Assembly: GCA_022813965.1 (NCBI GenBank)
Contig: JALDZS010000045.1
Location: forward strand, 62,001-126,000
Direction: 5' to 3'
Length of the DNA stretch: 64,000 nucleotides
DNA from: Toensbergia leucococca
Taxonomy: Eukaryota
Of the stretch, positions 1 through 12,292 are shown piece by piece. The notes under the pieces are model-generated. The model was not told where the DNA came from, ran no database searches, and worked only from the letters and a program-made list of their open reading frames with translations. A program made the position numbers and the translations under genes. Each line of letters opens with the position of its first letter. The stretch's first letter is position 1.

Positions 1-463
1 CTGCTCTCACGATATGATTTCTCATGATTGATGCTGTCCTCTTTCTGCTGAGACATTGCTGTCGTCGTTTGATTTGTCCATGATCGACCTCTAACCTTAA
101 TTGCCCCCCGCAGAGAGCCGCCGGTCTAAGACGAAAGAAGCCTAGCCGCCGTCCTGCTACCATCTCAACTCACCACCACCAATCGAGCACATATCAAGCC
201 AGAGCGCTTACCAGGACTGCTGTGCTGTTTTTAGATTTCTTCCAGATGCTTGATCTTCATCATCTCGCAGTGCTTAAGAATAGAATCTGCATACTGCAGC
301 CCAAATACTTAAGACGGAGCCATGGCCAGCCTATTTTCGACCCTCCACGGTCATCGCTGCCCTTTTCCTGGTGAAAAGCACGTCAACTGTCCTTGGACGA
401 TCCAACAATTCAATCGTCCTTGTCCAAATCCCTCCCGCTACCTTCTAACACACACTCGCAATC

Positions 464-1279
464 ATGCGAAGTTTAATACTCCTCTTTTGCTTCACTGCCC
501 TTGCCTTGTGCGCTCCAAGTTTCCCGCCTCATTACACAGAATGGCCCCAGCCTATTAGAGAATACTATACAGCAGTCGGTCGACGCATCGCCGAGATTCG
601 AGCCACCCACACGGCTGATTCTCCACCCTACTGCAATCTCTCCAACGCTAACGCCAACCTCCCATCCGACTCCACCACTGCTCTCCCTCCCCCAACAGAA
701 GGCCTCCAAGTCTACCACGTCGCCATCGGCCGCGGCACCCAAGTCAGTCCTCACCACCTCTTTACCACATTTCTAAAACACTCCTAACAAGCCTCAAAAC
801 AGAACTACACCTGCGCCAACGCAACCGCAACCCCCACCAACATCGGCGCCCTCGCAACCCTCTACAACGCCTCCTGCCTCGCCTCCACCCTCCCCGCCAT
901 ACTCGCCACTCTCCCCGCAGCCGCCCTGGCTCTCCCAGCCCCCATCCCCCTAACGCCGCTCTTCCCATCCAACCTCCTCATGTCCGGCCACCACTTCTTC
1001 ACCAACACCACCCCAACCTTCAACCTCGACACCACCCGCGCCAACTACGGCGTCACTTTCGGCAAGAAAGTCGCCGCCAGCCCCGCACCCCAGGATGCGA
1101 CCGCCGGCTTGTACGGCGCGGTGCCTTGGCTTAAGTTGCAGGCCGAGGGGGTCGGGGGCGGGGGCGTGCAGGAGGTTTATCGCGTTAATACTGCGGGCGG
1201 GGCGGCGCCGGCGAGTTGTCAGGGTTTGGCGAGCGAGTTTGAGATTCAGTATGCGGCTGAATATTGGTTTTATAAGTGA
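464..1279 (+). CDS. Secreted DUF3455-type protein (often annotated malate dehydrogenase-like), 2 exons
   Basis: Signal peptide MRSLILLFCFTALALCAP. Intron 743-802 (GTCAGT..CTAAC..CAG) joins HVAIGRGTQ to NYTC. Family motifs GHHFF..TPTF, AVPWLKL, VYRVNTAGG..P..C and YAAEYWFY are present. Confidence 0.85.
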
Positions 1280-1820
1280 TGAGAGGGGTGCGGGAGAGAG
1301 CAAAGGGACCTTTTCTTTTCTTTTGCGTGCCGGCTTGGCAGGAGGTGGGGTTGGGAGTTGGAGGGGCCTTTTTTTTCCTGCTTGCTTGGAGGGTTTTTCC
1401 GGCTGGGGCTATCTGGGGCCGCTCTTGACGGGAATTGGCAATGGAAATTCTTGCCACCCCGGCCCCCGTATGTCTCTCCATGTGCGGCCCTTTTTCTTTC
1501 TATGAAAATCCTCTCGTGTAACCCTCCCCCAACATCTTATCTGATTTGAAACAACACCACTTCCAACCCCATCCCTTTTCCCCCTTTTTCCCCCATTCAA
1601 GGAAGACACTGCAGTCTGGAATGCAAGGCGACGACGCCTTTCATCGCGGGGCCGCTGATCACAATACCCGCGCTCCCGGGTGGTGATGGTGGTGGTGGTG
1701 GCATGCGTATTTGTTCTTGTTGTTGTTGTGATTGTTGTTCTTGTTTGTGATTGTTGTTGTTTGTTGAAATTCTAGCTATTCGGAATGTCGAACAAAACAC
1801 GATGCAATATCTACCATAGA

Positions 1821-1857
1821 TCACCTCACCTCACCTCACCTCACCTCACCTCACCTC
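1821..1857. repeat. (TCACC)n pentanucleotide microsatellite, about 7 units
   Basis: Directly visible tcacctcacctcacc... run. Confidence 0.9.
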
Positions 1858-2019
1858 GAATCAACTCATTTGCCTCGAATCATATCCAGCACCACACACC
1901 TCACAGAATATTCTGCAAGGATCGTCATCTTGTAGGGATCATTTGTACAGATTGAAACTTTCGTTGGGTTACGTTTACGGCTGTTGTGAGGATGGTGGTA
2001 AGGATGGTGGGTTGAGTAC

Positions 2020-3150
2020 GTCTTGAGGGGTTTTTTTCTTTTGGGGGATTGGGATTGGGTGAGGGAGATGGATGTGAGCTGTGTGGGGGAGATGGGGGAG
2101 ATGGGGGAGATGGGGTGGATAGCTGGGTGGTCTGGGTATTCTGCCAGTGCTTTGCTCTCTCGTGAGTCTCGTCTGCATCCACTGCCTTCCTCGCCTTCCT
2201 CGCCTTCCTCCCTCCGCTCTCTCGCTCTCTCCCCTGCCTCATTCTCTCGCTCTCTCCCCTACCTCCATCCCTCCATCCCTCCATCCCTCTTTCTCTCCCT
2301 CTCAATCAACAACACTCCAGCCATGCCACTCCATCCCTCCCACCACCGCATGCAAGCCTCAACAAACATCCGACACCCCCCTGAGGAGAAAAAATCCACC
2401 CGGTCAAACACAAACACAAACACCCCCCCCCCTTCCCACACCTCCGTACCCATAAGAAGAAAAACTCGGCCCCCAAACAGAAAGAGAGCACACACATACA
2501 CATACAACACATACACCCAATTACCACACAAAAGAAACACACATCCTCACACACACACAATCACCACCATAAAAGAAAACAACATCCTCACAAAGCGCAC
2601 TCACGCCAAATCACACACACACAAATCAAACACCCACACACAACACACACACCAACTCCCTCCATCCCTTTTCTCTCCACCCCAAAAGCACCCAGAAGAA
2701 AAAGAACCCTCAACCCCCCCCCCCCCCGGCAAAAAAAGAAGAAACCCCCCCCCCCCCCTCCCCCCTCCTTCACCCAAATCCACCAAATCCACCTCAAAAA
2801 GACAAAAATCACAAAATCACAAATCTCACTCAAAAAAAAAGACAAAAGCACAAAACACACTCACACAACTCTCAACCCTCAACTCAAACTTAACTCAAAC
2901 TCAAAACTCAACTCGTTCCCAAAAAAAGGCCAACGAAAAATAGAGAGGCGTTTGCAAAGAGGGGCAAGGGAAAACAGAGAGGCGTTTCCAAAAAAGGGGG
3001 GGAAAAAAAAAAGAAACAATGAAAAAAGAGAAACAAGAAAAAGTCAAGGTAAGGTAGCTAGGCCAAAAAAAAAGCGCCTCTGTACAAAATCCAAAATTCT
3101 CCCCCCTTCCCTCAACCCCCCCCACCCCCCCCCACCACACACACACATAT
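2020..3150. repeat. Low-complexity tract: short G-rich start, then C/A-rich with homopolymers and CA runs
   Basis: Poly-C, poly-A and (CA)n runs. ORFs here translate to biased, motif-less peptides. Confidence 0.75.
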
Positions 3151-3696
3151 AACAAAGCTGGTTGCAGTGAATGTGAACACACAAAAGATGGACCATGGGA
3201 TAGAAACAGATGGAAACGATTTTAATTATCATTGCGTTGCGTGTGACACGATACGGGGTCGAGGGTTTTCAATAAACCCCATTTGCGGGATGTGGGAAAT
3301 AAACAGTGGCAGTTGCGCGAAAAAGAAGCCGGGGTGAAGAAAATTGATGAGTGTATGGGGAGATAGGATTCTGAGGAAACCATGAATGCAAAATCTCTTC
3401 TCTTCTTGGGGGGAGGTAAGAAAAAGCATATCACTCTCCCGAGTCTCGCAAGCCATGAAAAATTGGGCAAGGTCGCAGTGCCGTTCCAGTGCAAGAAGGG
3501 GTATTCTGATTTTTCCTAATTGTGAGAGGAATTATAACTCTCTCCCTTATTCCCCACCACTCAGACTCCCCAAATTCCCCCAAAAAAGAAAGCCCTCAGC
3601 CGCAAGCAACAACCCAACACCCCAATCCCATCCCCCCTTTAATTTCCCCCACAAAAACGCCTTGAAAATAAGGTTCCCCGTCACCCCACATTACTA

Positions 3697-5162
3697 TCAG
3701 AGTTCCTTCTTCAAAAAATGCTCCGGTTTGTGCGAGGTTTCGTAGTCGATATGAACGTAAGCTCTCTCAACATCGGGAAGACTTTCCAGCTTCATCTGGA
3801 GCTCTTCGGCAACGTCGTGGGTGGCTTTGAGAGATTCAGATGGGTCCATGACGATGTCTACTTCGACTATCATGCGTGGGCCGCTATGGTAGGCGCGGAC
3901 GGTGTCGATGGCCTTGATCAAGGGGGAATGGGTCATTGCTAATTTTGATTTTGTTAGTGAAAGAGCAAGAGGTTCTGAAGTGAAAAAAGGGGTTGTTTAC
4001 AAATGTAGGTAATCCATTGTTGCATTTGAGTGTCGGCTGTGACGCCAATCAGGAGTTGGAATTCCGAGTAGGCGGTCTTGAGCCAGAGGAAAGATATCAA
4101 TGTTGATAAGACGATGGCGCCTGCGGGATCGATCCACCATCTTAATTTACTTCCGCCAACAGATGTCAGAAGACCGAATCCGTTGATGAAGAGATCGTTT
4201 CTGTGATCTTGCCAAAGGATTCGAATTTGAGAATAGCTGTTCCTCAAAGCCCAGCAGTAACAGAATAACGCCAGCTTTGTGCAAAATGCGATGCCGACCG
4301 CAATCACAGACGGTAGATGAAACTTGGACGTGTCGGGCTTGGACTTGTTCTTGACTCCCAAGGCGATTTCTTGTATGGAAAGCACGATCAAGATGAACGA
4401 AACGGCCGTCATGAGAAAGCAAAAGACAATGTTCCCTGCCGTTTCAATCCGTGCTTTGCCGGACGGGTATTGTCGAGGATCAACCCTTTTGACGGCGCGA
4501 GCACATATGATGAGGGTGATGTTTGACATGGGATCAAAAAGTGCGTCTGCCATGGTAGTGAAAAGGGAAAGTGAGCCCGAGGAAATGGCAGCATATAGCT
4601 GAAGGGCGGCCAGGATGACATTGGCAGCAAAGGATCCATGAACGGCGATAAGAAATTTCAAGTGATTGTCCCCATCAAACTCCCTGGCTAAGCGAACATG
4701 TTCATCCACAGGTCTTAGAAGTCTCTGAATGTTCTCATTCTGGTTTTCGTAGAAACCTTTGAGCTTCTTTGCTTTGGTAGCCTCTTTGTTGATGGTAATG
4801 GGGCCGAAGCCATCGCGCTTCCGAGATGTATTTGCTCTTATCTGATCGATCTCGACGTCGGTCTTCAATCGAGCTGATAATTGGTATGGGTCGTTTTCGA
4901 GAGTATAGCTAGGAGGGGTGTGGCCTTCAACATCATTGGTCGAGGGGGGTTGCGCGGACGAATATCGTTGCACGGCATCATGGTCCTCGGTGGTAGGCTC
5001 TGGTTCGAAGGCAGTACTCGTAGCACGCATGGACTTGGGATGTGTCTCTGGGATGGGGGTTGAAGCTTCAGCGCGTTCGAGGTGATGAAGGGGTATCGCG
5101 GACGAGAGGGAAGTGGCAGAGACAGAATGTGATGGGTTGGTGTTGTTGGGTGGCGAAGCCAT
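3697..5162 (-). CDS. Cation diffusion facilitator, Mn-CDF/MTP8-like, 2 exons
   Basis: TM2 DALFD and TM5 DHRND motifs, YPSGKARIE, and C-terminal dimerisation domain (VRAYHSG..EVDIVM..HDVAE.LQ.KLE..VERAYVHIDYE). Intron 3939-4000. Confidence 0.93.
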
Positions 5163-5765
5163 GGCTCAATAAATGTTATTGGGAAATTGATAAAGAACGG
5201 AAGTCGAGCTTTTATGGAGAAGCTACCTATGGTCTTGATGGCTAAGGCAGAATTTGTTGATTTTTCCTTTATCTTAGCTTTATCTTGAGCTTATGCCACA
5301 AGTGGTAATGGTGAGGCGATGCAAAAAGGTGGTGCGTCATTAGCACAGCCACAGCTGGCTTGACACCTGAGATTAAGGAGATTAAAAGTTTTTGAAGAGC
5401 AAGGAAAAAATCTTCTGGTTAAGAATTGTACCGCATAAATCGCTTTCGTGGATTATCTGAGGCAGCATCAAATGTCTTCTTATCAGCCCGAGACATGCCG
5501 CTCTACATCCATTTCATTTCATGCAGTCAAGGCTTCTGGCTCCCACGATTTGCCATTACAAATCTGCCATCTGGTCCGACACTTTAAGCATGAGGAACCA
5601 TATCAATTTCATTCCCAGCAACATCTCGAATATCAGGCTAGCCGTTATGAAAATGAAAAAGACAGTCTTCCAAAGTGAAGCCGTAAAGATTGACGCTCGC
5701 ATTTCTAGAACTCCATCGCTTCAATGTGGCAGCCCTGGTCATCAGATTGTGTGCAAGTCTCTCCT

Positions 5766-6633
5766 TCATTCATCCCCCTTCGTACTAGTCAGACCTTGGA
5801 GTGACCCACTCACATCCTTTGCTGTATCTTCCACACCACTCTTTGCTTCGTTAGCCGTGTCACTTGCCGCGCTTCCAGCTCCTCCTGTCGACTCTTGGGC
5901 GGATCCGCTAACATCCTTTGCTGTGTCCTCTGCGCCGCTCTTTGCATTGGTCAGTGTGTCACTCGTGGCGCTCCCAGGCTCGCCTGTCGAATCTTGAAGT
6001 GATCCGCTCACATCCTTGGTCTTATCTTCCACGTCTCCTGCGGCGCCTTTTAGAGTATCACTGGTGGTACCTGCAGCCTCTTTTGTAGAGTCCTCGAGTG
6101 ATCCGCTCATGTCTTTTGCCTTGTCGCCCATGTCGCTCGTTGCCTCACCCACAGTATTGCCACCGCTCTCTCCCACTTCACCCCCTTGTAAGGACCCGCC
6201 TACACTCTTAGCTGTATCTCCTAGGCCACCCGCTACGCCACCTACGGTACTACCCAAGCCGCCTGTCAAAGAACCGACCTGTTGCTATATTCAACATCTT
6301 TCGAATGCACTTCCCTCAACAGACTCACAGTGTTGCCTGCGGTGTCTAGCACTCCCTTCACAGCACCACCAGCTACACCAGCTACACCGCTAACGGCGTT
6401 GGAGGCACCACCGGCAAGACCTTTGATTTGCTCTTGCTGCTCAGGGGGAATGTTGCCTGCGGCATCCTTTACTTGGCCTCTAGAGGACGAGTTAGAGAAT
6501 ATCAGTTGATGGTTGACGAGTGGTCACAGTACGATACGTTATCGACCTGTTGCTGGGCTTGAGCTTGCAGTTCGTCTTGTTTCTTTCCTGGCATAAGGTC
6601 CAGGTCAACAACTTGATTTTCTAGGACCTTCAT
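5766..6633 (-). CDS. LEA-like hydrophilin with 33-aa tandem repeats, 3 exons
   Basis: In-frame ATGs at 6633 and 6594 (MPGKKQDELQAQAQQQ). Two GT-AG introns join a GGAVKGVLDTAGNT|VGSLTGGLG segment to G/S/T/D/K-rich repeats (DTAKDVSGS..STG). Confidence 0.75.
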
Positions 6634-7139
6634 AGCTCGGATGATCTGCGACGATTCTCAGTAATGTACGTAGTAGTGCTGATTGCTGGACTGTTTGGTG
6701 GGGTCAGCGGGGTAGTGAGAGAAGATGAGAGAAGATGTGATCAGTTGCAAGTTGAATGTAGGGCGTAGATCTGCTAGAATGTTTCGAACACACGTCATAA
6801 ACTGGTCATGGGGAGCAATGTTGCCTAAATCTTGTATCCAAGCGAAACAACCCCTTCACTACTTATCAATTTATCGGCAGCTAGGGCTGATCCTTATCGA
6901 CCATTGGATATTCACTTCGTTCATCACGTCCCCTGAAGTCCAATCAAGCATTCACTAGGGTCGGGTAATCGTTGGATCTTAGGGCAAGCATGGCCATAGT
7001 ACGTCAAGTAAAGACTTTCCGTCCATCACCAACCTATTTCAATACGAGTATTCCTATACATACTGATAGACAGCTTTTGAGGAAGAAGTCAAGTGATCAG
7101 AAATTGATCCATGGATCCTTCGATCGGAATTCAACATGT

Positions 7140-9420
7140 TGTGTCAAACATGACTTTCAGAGAAAATATTGATCTCTTGACTGGTACTCATGCTATCCAA
7201 TACTACTTTTAAATAGGCGCAGTCTTCTAGCATACAAAAGCAATTCCGCGTCTTGGCATACCATCTATCCGTACCTCGGACGGTCCCATTGGCATTCGTG
7301 GATCTCAATTCTTCAATAGTGTTCCATCTGCATACTTCCCATGCGGCACTGCCCTTGGCGCTACTTGGAATACCACTGTCTTCTGGGATGCCGGCGCTCT
7401 CATGGGTAACGAGGCAAAAGTCAAGGGTGCTTCCGTCATCCTGAGTCCGACGGTGAAGATTCAACGCAGCCCGTTAGGTGGAAGAGGCTTTGAGTCTTTG
7501 GCATAAGATCCCGTGTTATCTGAATCCTGTGCCGCATCAATCATTGCCGGCATGCAGGAGACTGATGGGGTAGCGACAATTGAACGTTTTGTTGCCAATG
7601 ATCAGGAGCATGACAGAATGGCTGGGAATGAAGTTGTTTCAGAGCGTGCTTTAAGGGAGATTTACCTAATGCCCTTTCAAATCGCCATTCAAGACTCAAA
7701 TCCCAGTGCTTTCATGACTGCGTATCCGGTGTCCTAGCAAGATGAATGTAAATCAGTCTTACTAGGCTCGCCTACCCCCTGAAATTTACCCACTGCCAGG
7801 ACATGAGATCATAGAGTTAATGATACCCATGTGAGTGAATGTAACCGATTTTTATAGGATGTCCTCACCAAGCGAGGTAACTCATATCTGGAACGTACGA
7901 GTATGCAATACCATGATTTTGAGTTTAGCGATATGCAAATGAAGCTTCATCTCTCCTCAAGCTCGCTTTGCTGGCTATACAAAGAATTATTAGTGAAATG
8001 AACTTATTGAGATTTGGTGAAGCACCTACTAGTTGAGCAGTGATATAAATTTTGGCCTGTGTTTCAGTCATCCGCGTTGTCTTCATAGAGATTTGAGGTG
8101 ATGACTACCGTGAATGCTTGGAGTTGACTCTTTGAGATATTTGTCTCAAAGAGTTGAATGAGTCCAGCAGCTGAACTGAGGAAACAAACAACTCTTTCAA
8201 TTCAAGAGGCTAACAAGGAAAAATATATGTCTATCAACAGATTCAACACCTAGACAATTAGAAAGAGAGTAGAATATAGATGAGATTATATCTTATCATG
8301 ACAGCCATATTATGATGTGACTGAGAAAAGTCATCATTGAACGGTGAAGGATTGTTGGTGACATGTTGTGGCACTTGTTGCTCAGGGTTGAGGACAGTAG
8401 GAAGTTGAAGCTCGTGGCGTACATGTTGGTGTAGAATTGAACCATATATTGATCCATAAAATTGTACAAGTTGATCTCTCAGCAGGTTGAAATTGTTCAA
8501 AAGCTCTCCATTGCCCATGAACTTACCAGAGACCTTAAAAGATATAGTTTCTTCCGTACCGTAAAGTCTGAGGATATGTGAATCCATAGGCGACATTTTT
8601 GCTGGGAGGCGGTTGTGTCAGGGAACACAAGAGAGGCTAGCATGATCATTGATGTCCAGTACTTGAAGAGGTAATGAAAGACACTCTATGGCTTTGCAGG
8701 GGGGGAAGACAGCAAATTCATGAGATACGGTGGCTCGGTGGGTTGCTCAAGTGAGAGTGGGTGGAAGACTAATCACTATGTGGCTTCCACCGCTCCCACT
8801 TAACCGATGGTGCCGGAGGCGGTTCTGCGTGAGTGCGTCTGTGCAGCCTTACTATGCAGTGCCATCTTTTGACGGCATCATAGCAAAGGTAGGAGCAGAG
8901 AACGTAAGACATTCGTTGGGTACCTACTGCCACAAGGAGCTACCTCTGCTCGGGGCTAAGTTGAAGACTCCCTCTGGTAAGACCGGTGTGGTTTTCAGGG
9001 CGTACAACGATCCTCCATCCGTGAAAGATTGACAAGTAGTGGATGAGATGTATTCTCCGAATACTAACCTAGTGATGGTTTATTACGTCTAACCAGATCA
9101 ACCTTCAGCCTCTCAAACCTGCATGTCAACCACAATCTTGAACCAATATACGTAACCGTCAACGTCGAAAACACAGGCTGCATTCCCGGCGCAGAAGTAA
9201 TTCAGATTTAGCTCTCTCAGTCGGCTCCCTCGATCAAGAGACCGACCAAGGAACCCAGGGCTTTCACCAAAGTCTTCCTTAAGCCCAAGGAGTGAATTCC
9301 TGTAAAAGTGATTGTGCGGACAAATTACGCGACCAGCTAAAAATACTGGGGTGAGGGGCGGGAAATGTGGCTTTCTGAAAAGGAGTCTAAGGTTCTAGTT
9401 GGAACTAGCAGTTGTGATTA
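7140..9420 (+). pseudogene. Decayed GH3 beta-glucosidase (PA14- and Fn3-containing type)
   Basis: Recognisable segments: [93 protein letters not shown]. Premature stops (e.g. TAA 7504-7506 in A*DP, TGA about 9030), large deletions and no catalytic SDW segment. Confidence 0.9.
7880..8720. other. AT-rich, CpG-poor segment interrupting the GH3 pseudogene (possible decayed insertion)
   Basis: No GH3 similarity readable between about 7870 and 8800, with a composition shift. No transposon motif recognised. Confidence 0.4.
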
Positions 9421-10142
9421 AGGTGCCCGACACAACGTGGTGGAGTGGGATTTAGGGACTCTTGATCTGCCCAATAAATTGACCGATGCAATACTTCATC
9501 TTGGATGAGAACCTCAAAAGAGGTACACACAGATTGACAAGTGAACATGAAAAGGCCAATATCAAGAGGTGAAAAGTGTGAGATATCCATGATTGATCTC
9601 TAAAATGAAGAGTCTATTCGCACGCCATCCTCCGCGTCCAAACCGGAAAGAGCACAAGATCGTTCAATGGCCAAAGTCTTTTGGATCAGAACCCCAAAAG
9701 AGAGCCCTTATTCTGTTAAATTCTCCTAGCTCGGGGTCTAGGGACTTCGTCTACAACTCGAGCACGGGTCGGACTGCGCAGAGAAGGTCCGTGCCAATGT
9801 TGAATGTACGTGCGCTTTGTTGCAGACGACAATCCATAGGTATTCTCCGACTTGAGCTTCGAGCTTCGTTTCGTGATGTCCACCAGTCTGTTAGCTCGCT
9901 CAGCCAAACCTCCACTAAAAGAGCTCACGGCCTTGTGAACATCTCGAGCAATGTAGCTACAAGCCGTTTGCAGCCACCGATCTCCAGGGATGGAAACCCC
10001 TGAAGGCGGTGAGGTTTCAAAGCATTGATAGATCGCCGTTGGTGATGAAGATTTATATCTTGTCGGGAGCGCTGCTTTCAACGAAATGCTCTCATTGCTT
10101 TGACATTTGCTCAACTTATTCGGCTATCTAAACACATTCAAC

Positions 10143-11236
10143 ATGGTTTCAGGGCTATTGGAAACAGAAGAATATGTCTTGAAGCGGGACTACTCTGCAA
10201 GTACACGGTAAGACACTTCACAAACACACTCATCATCTGGCATCAGTACTCATTATTCGTCTTAGCTTGACTGCACAATTCTATCTCTGGAAAGATACTC
10301 TCCAGTACAATTTACACCCGAATATCCCTATCGCAGCCAATGCACGGATCGCAGATGTAGCGACTGGAACCGGGTATTACTAGCCTTGAAGAATAGAGCT
10401 GGTACATGTACTTATTTCCAAAGTGTGTGGCTTCTAGACATGGCTCGGAGCCTCCCTCCAACGGTACGACTGGATGGCTTTGATGTCAGTCTCGATCAAT
10501 GTCCACCAGCCTCGTGGCTTCCACACAACGTCAAGTTGCATACCTGGGACATATTCACCGATCCTCCGCAGAAGTTTATTGGCGCCTTCGATGTTGTTCA
10601 CGTCAGGCTCATCACCTTGGTTATCAAGGACAACGATCCTCGTCAGGTGATATCGAGCTTGAGCAAGCTCTTGAGTAGGCCATCTTGTCCTTCCTACCTG
10701 GATGAATATTACATGGCTGATTTTCGAAATAAGAACCTGGTGGGTACCTTCAATGGGATGAAGTAGACACCATGGGCTCTTGGGTAGGATCGATTGATCC
10801 TTCTATCGTCACAAGCGAGCTTGAGCGTATACGTCAGACCATGTCAAATCCTGGAACTTCTAGAGGTCTAGACGAGTAAGCGACATGCTTTGCCTCTCTG
10901 AACTGTGGCAGTGAATAACAAGATGCTTCGTAGCTGGAAACATGGCCTGACAGAGACGCTGAACCAGCACGGGTTTCAGGACAGCAAGCTATTTCGCCAC
11001 GAGTATAGCCAGATTATGGCTAGATATTGGAACGATATGTAAAGCATTCCAGATGTATTAGGAGACGTCGTTGCTGATGACTTTGTAGGTACATGGCCAC
11101 ATGGGACGAGTTCGCCAGGACGGTGCTTGAAAAGCCTGGGGAAGTCTCCAAATTGGGCAATAAGGCAATGAAAGAAGTTCGAAATGGCTCCGCTATCATG
11201 TTTCCTAAGCTGGTGTGGGTGGCGCAAAAGGCTTGA
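10143..11236 (+). CDS. Class I SAM-dependent methyltransferase (LaeA/UmtA-like small fungal MT), 6 exons
   Basis: Spliced product YVLKRDYSASTR|LTAQFYLW..RIADVATGTG|VWLLD..LDGFDVS..FDVVHVR..KPGGYLQWDE, ending VAQKA* at TGA 11234-11236. Five GT-AG introns. Confidence 0.88.
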
Positions 11237-12292
11237 TGGTGATTGTCTTTCTATCTTTGTTGTGACTAGGGTTCCGTGCTATCTTTGAGTACCCCCTCGC
11301 CACATCGAGAACAATCAGAAAGATATCGATGTGTTTTTAGTATGGACCGATAGAAGTCACTGGTAGCATTAGAATACAGATTTTGATCGCTTCTTCTAGA
11401 CAACATCTGGACCAACGGAGCCATACTTCAACCACCATTCCAGCGATCTCCTTGATCATACTGCTATGTGCGCTATTCATGCATTGGAGAGTTTTGAACG
11501 TCCGAGGGTCCAATAGTTGACTGGGGGAGCGGCAACCTCCATCATTCACATGATAGCCTGTACTTTTGCAGATGCTGCGGTCAGATAAGTTGGGTATTTA
11601 TCGAGCCGGTGGACTGCCCACCAGAAAGGTACTCGAAATCACTTCTAAATGCGGCACTGAACCGATTGGGAACAATTGTCGCAGAATTTGAATTGGGGAA
11701 GCTGTGTGAACTCGCATCTACTTTCCGCCTTGTATTTAGTACGGATACTCGGACTTCTTTTTCATGATACTTGGTTGACTTGAGCAACTTGAAATTAGAC
11801 GATGACGGGTGATGAGTTACTAGCGCGTTTATTCAGGTTCTAAATTTGATCTCAGGCCTTGGCTGTGGAGGCTTATCAATGCCACTACTCCGTACCACCT
11901 ACCTAGGTAGGTAGGTACGTCTGTCTAGCTGCCAACAACGTGCTCGACAGGCGTTGAACCCCGCATCCGCTCAGGAACAAGCCGCTGGTCGATGAGAATG
12001 AGAAGACAACCCCAACGACTATCTGCTTAGGCAGTGCTGACAGTTGGCACCCTCGTATCCCAATTTGTGCACTTTTCTCATTATCCCTTCAACGCTGATA
12101 ATATTTCTCAAGCTAGAATGGCGGGACCTGGTGGCTTTGACCGAGACCATCAGCCCAATACGAGCTTGAATATAAATACGAGATGTGACCTCTGTCAATA
12201 TCAAAATTTTCGGTATCGGCAGAAGTATATTGCTCTTGTCCTGTCTGAGACCCATCTTTCATTCTCGACCAAGACAAGTCAACAAAGCTAAG

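Noticed and set aside
1934..1950. GGATCATTTGTACAG resembling U3 snoRNA box A
   Set aside because: Two mismatches, no box A' upstream and no convincing C'/B/C/D boxes
2023..2943. 306-aa ORF
   Set aside because: Product of low-complexity C/A-rich sequence, with no motifs and a non-ATG start
1600..3300. Possible telomerase RNA or other long ncRNA in the gene-free gap
   Set aside because: No TAACCCTAA-type template found on either strand
8258..8596. 112-aa minus-strand ORF inside the GH3 pseudogene
   Set aside because: No recognisable domain or transposase motif, so it cannot be supported as a gene
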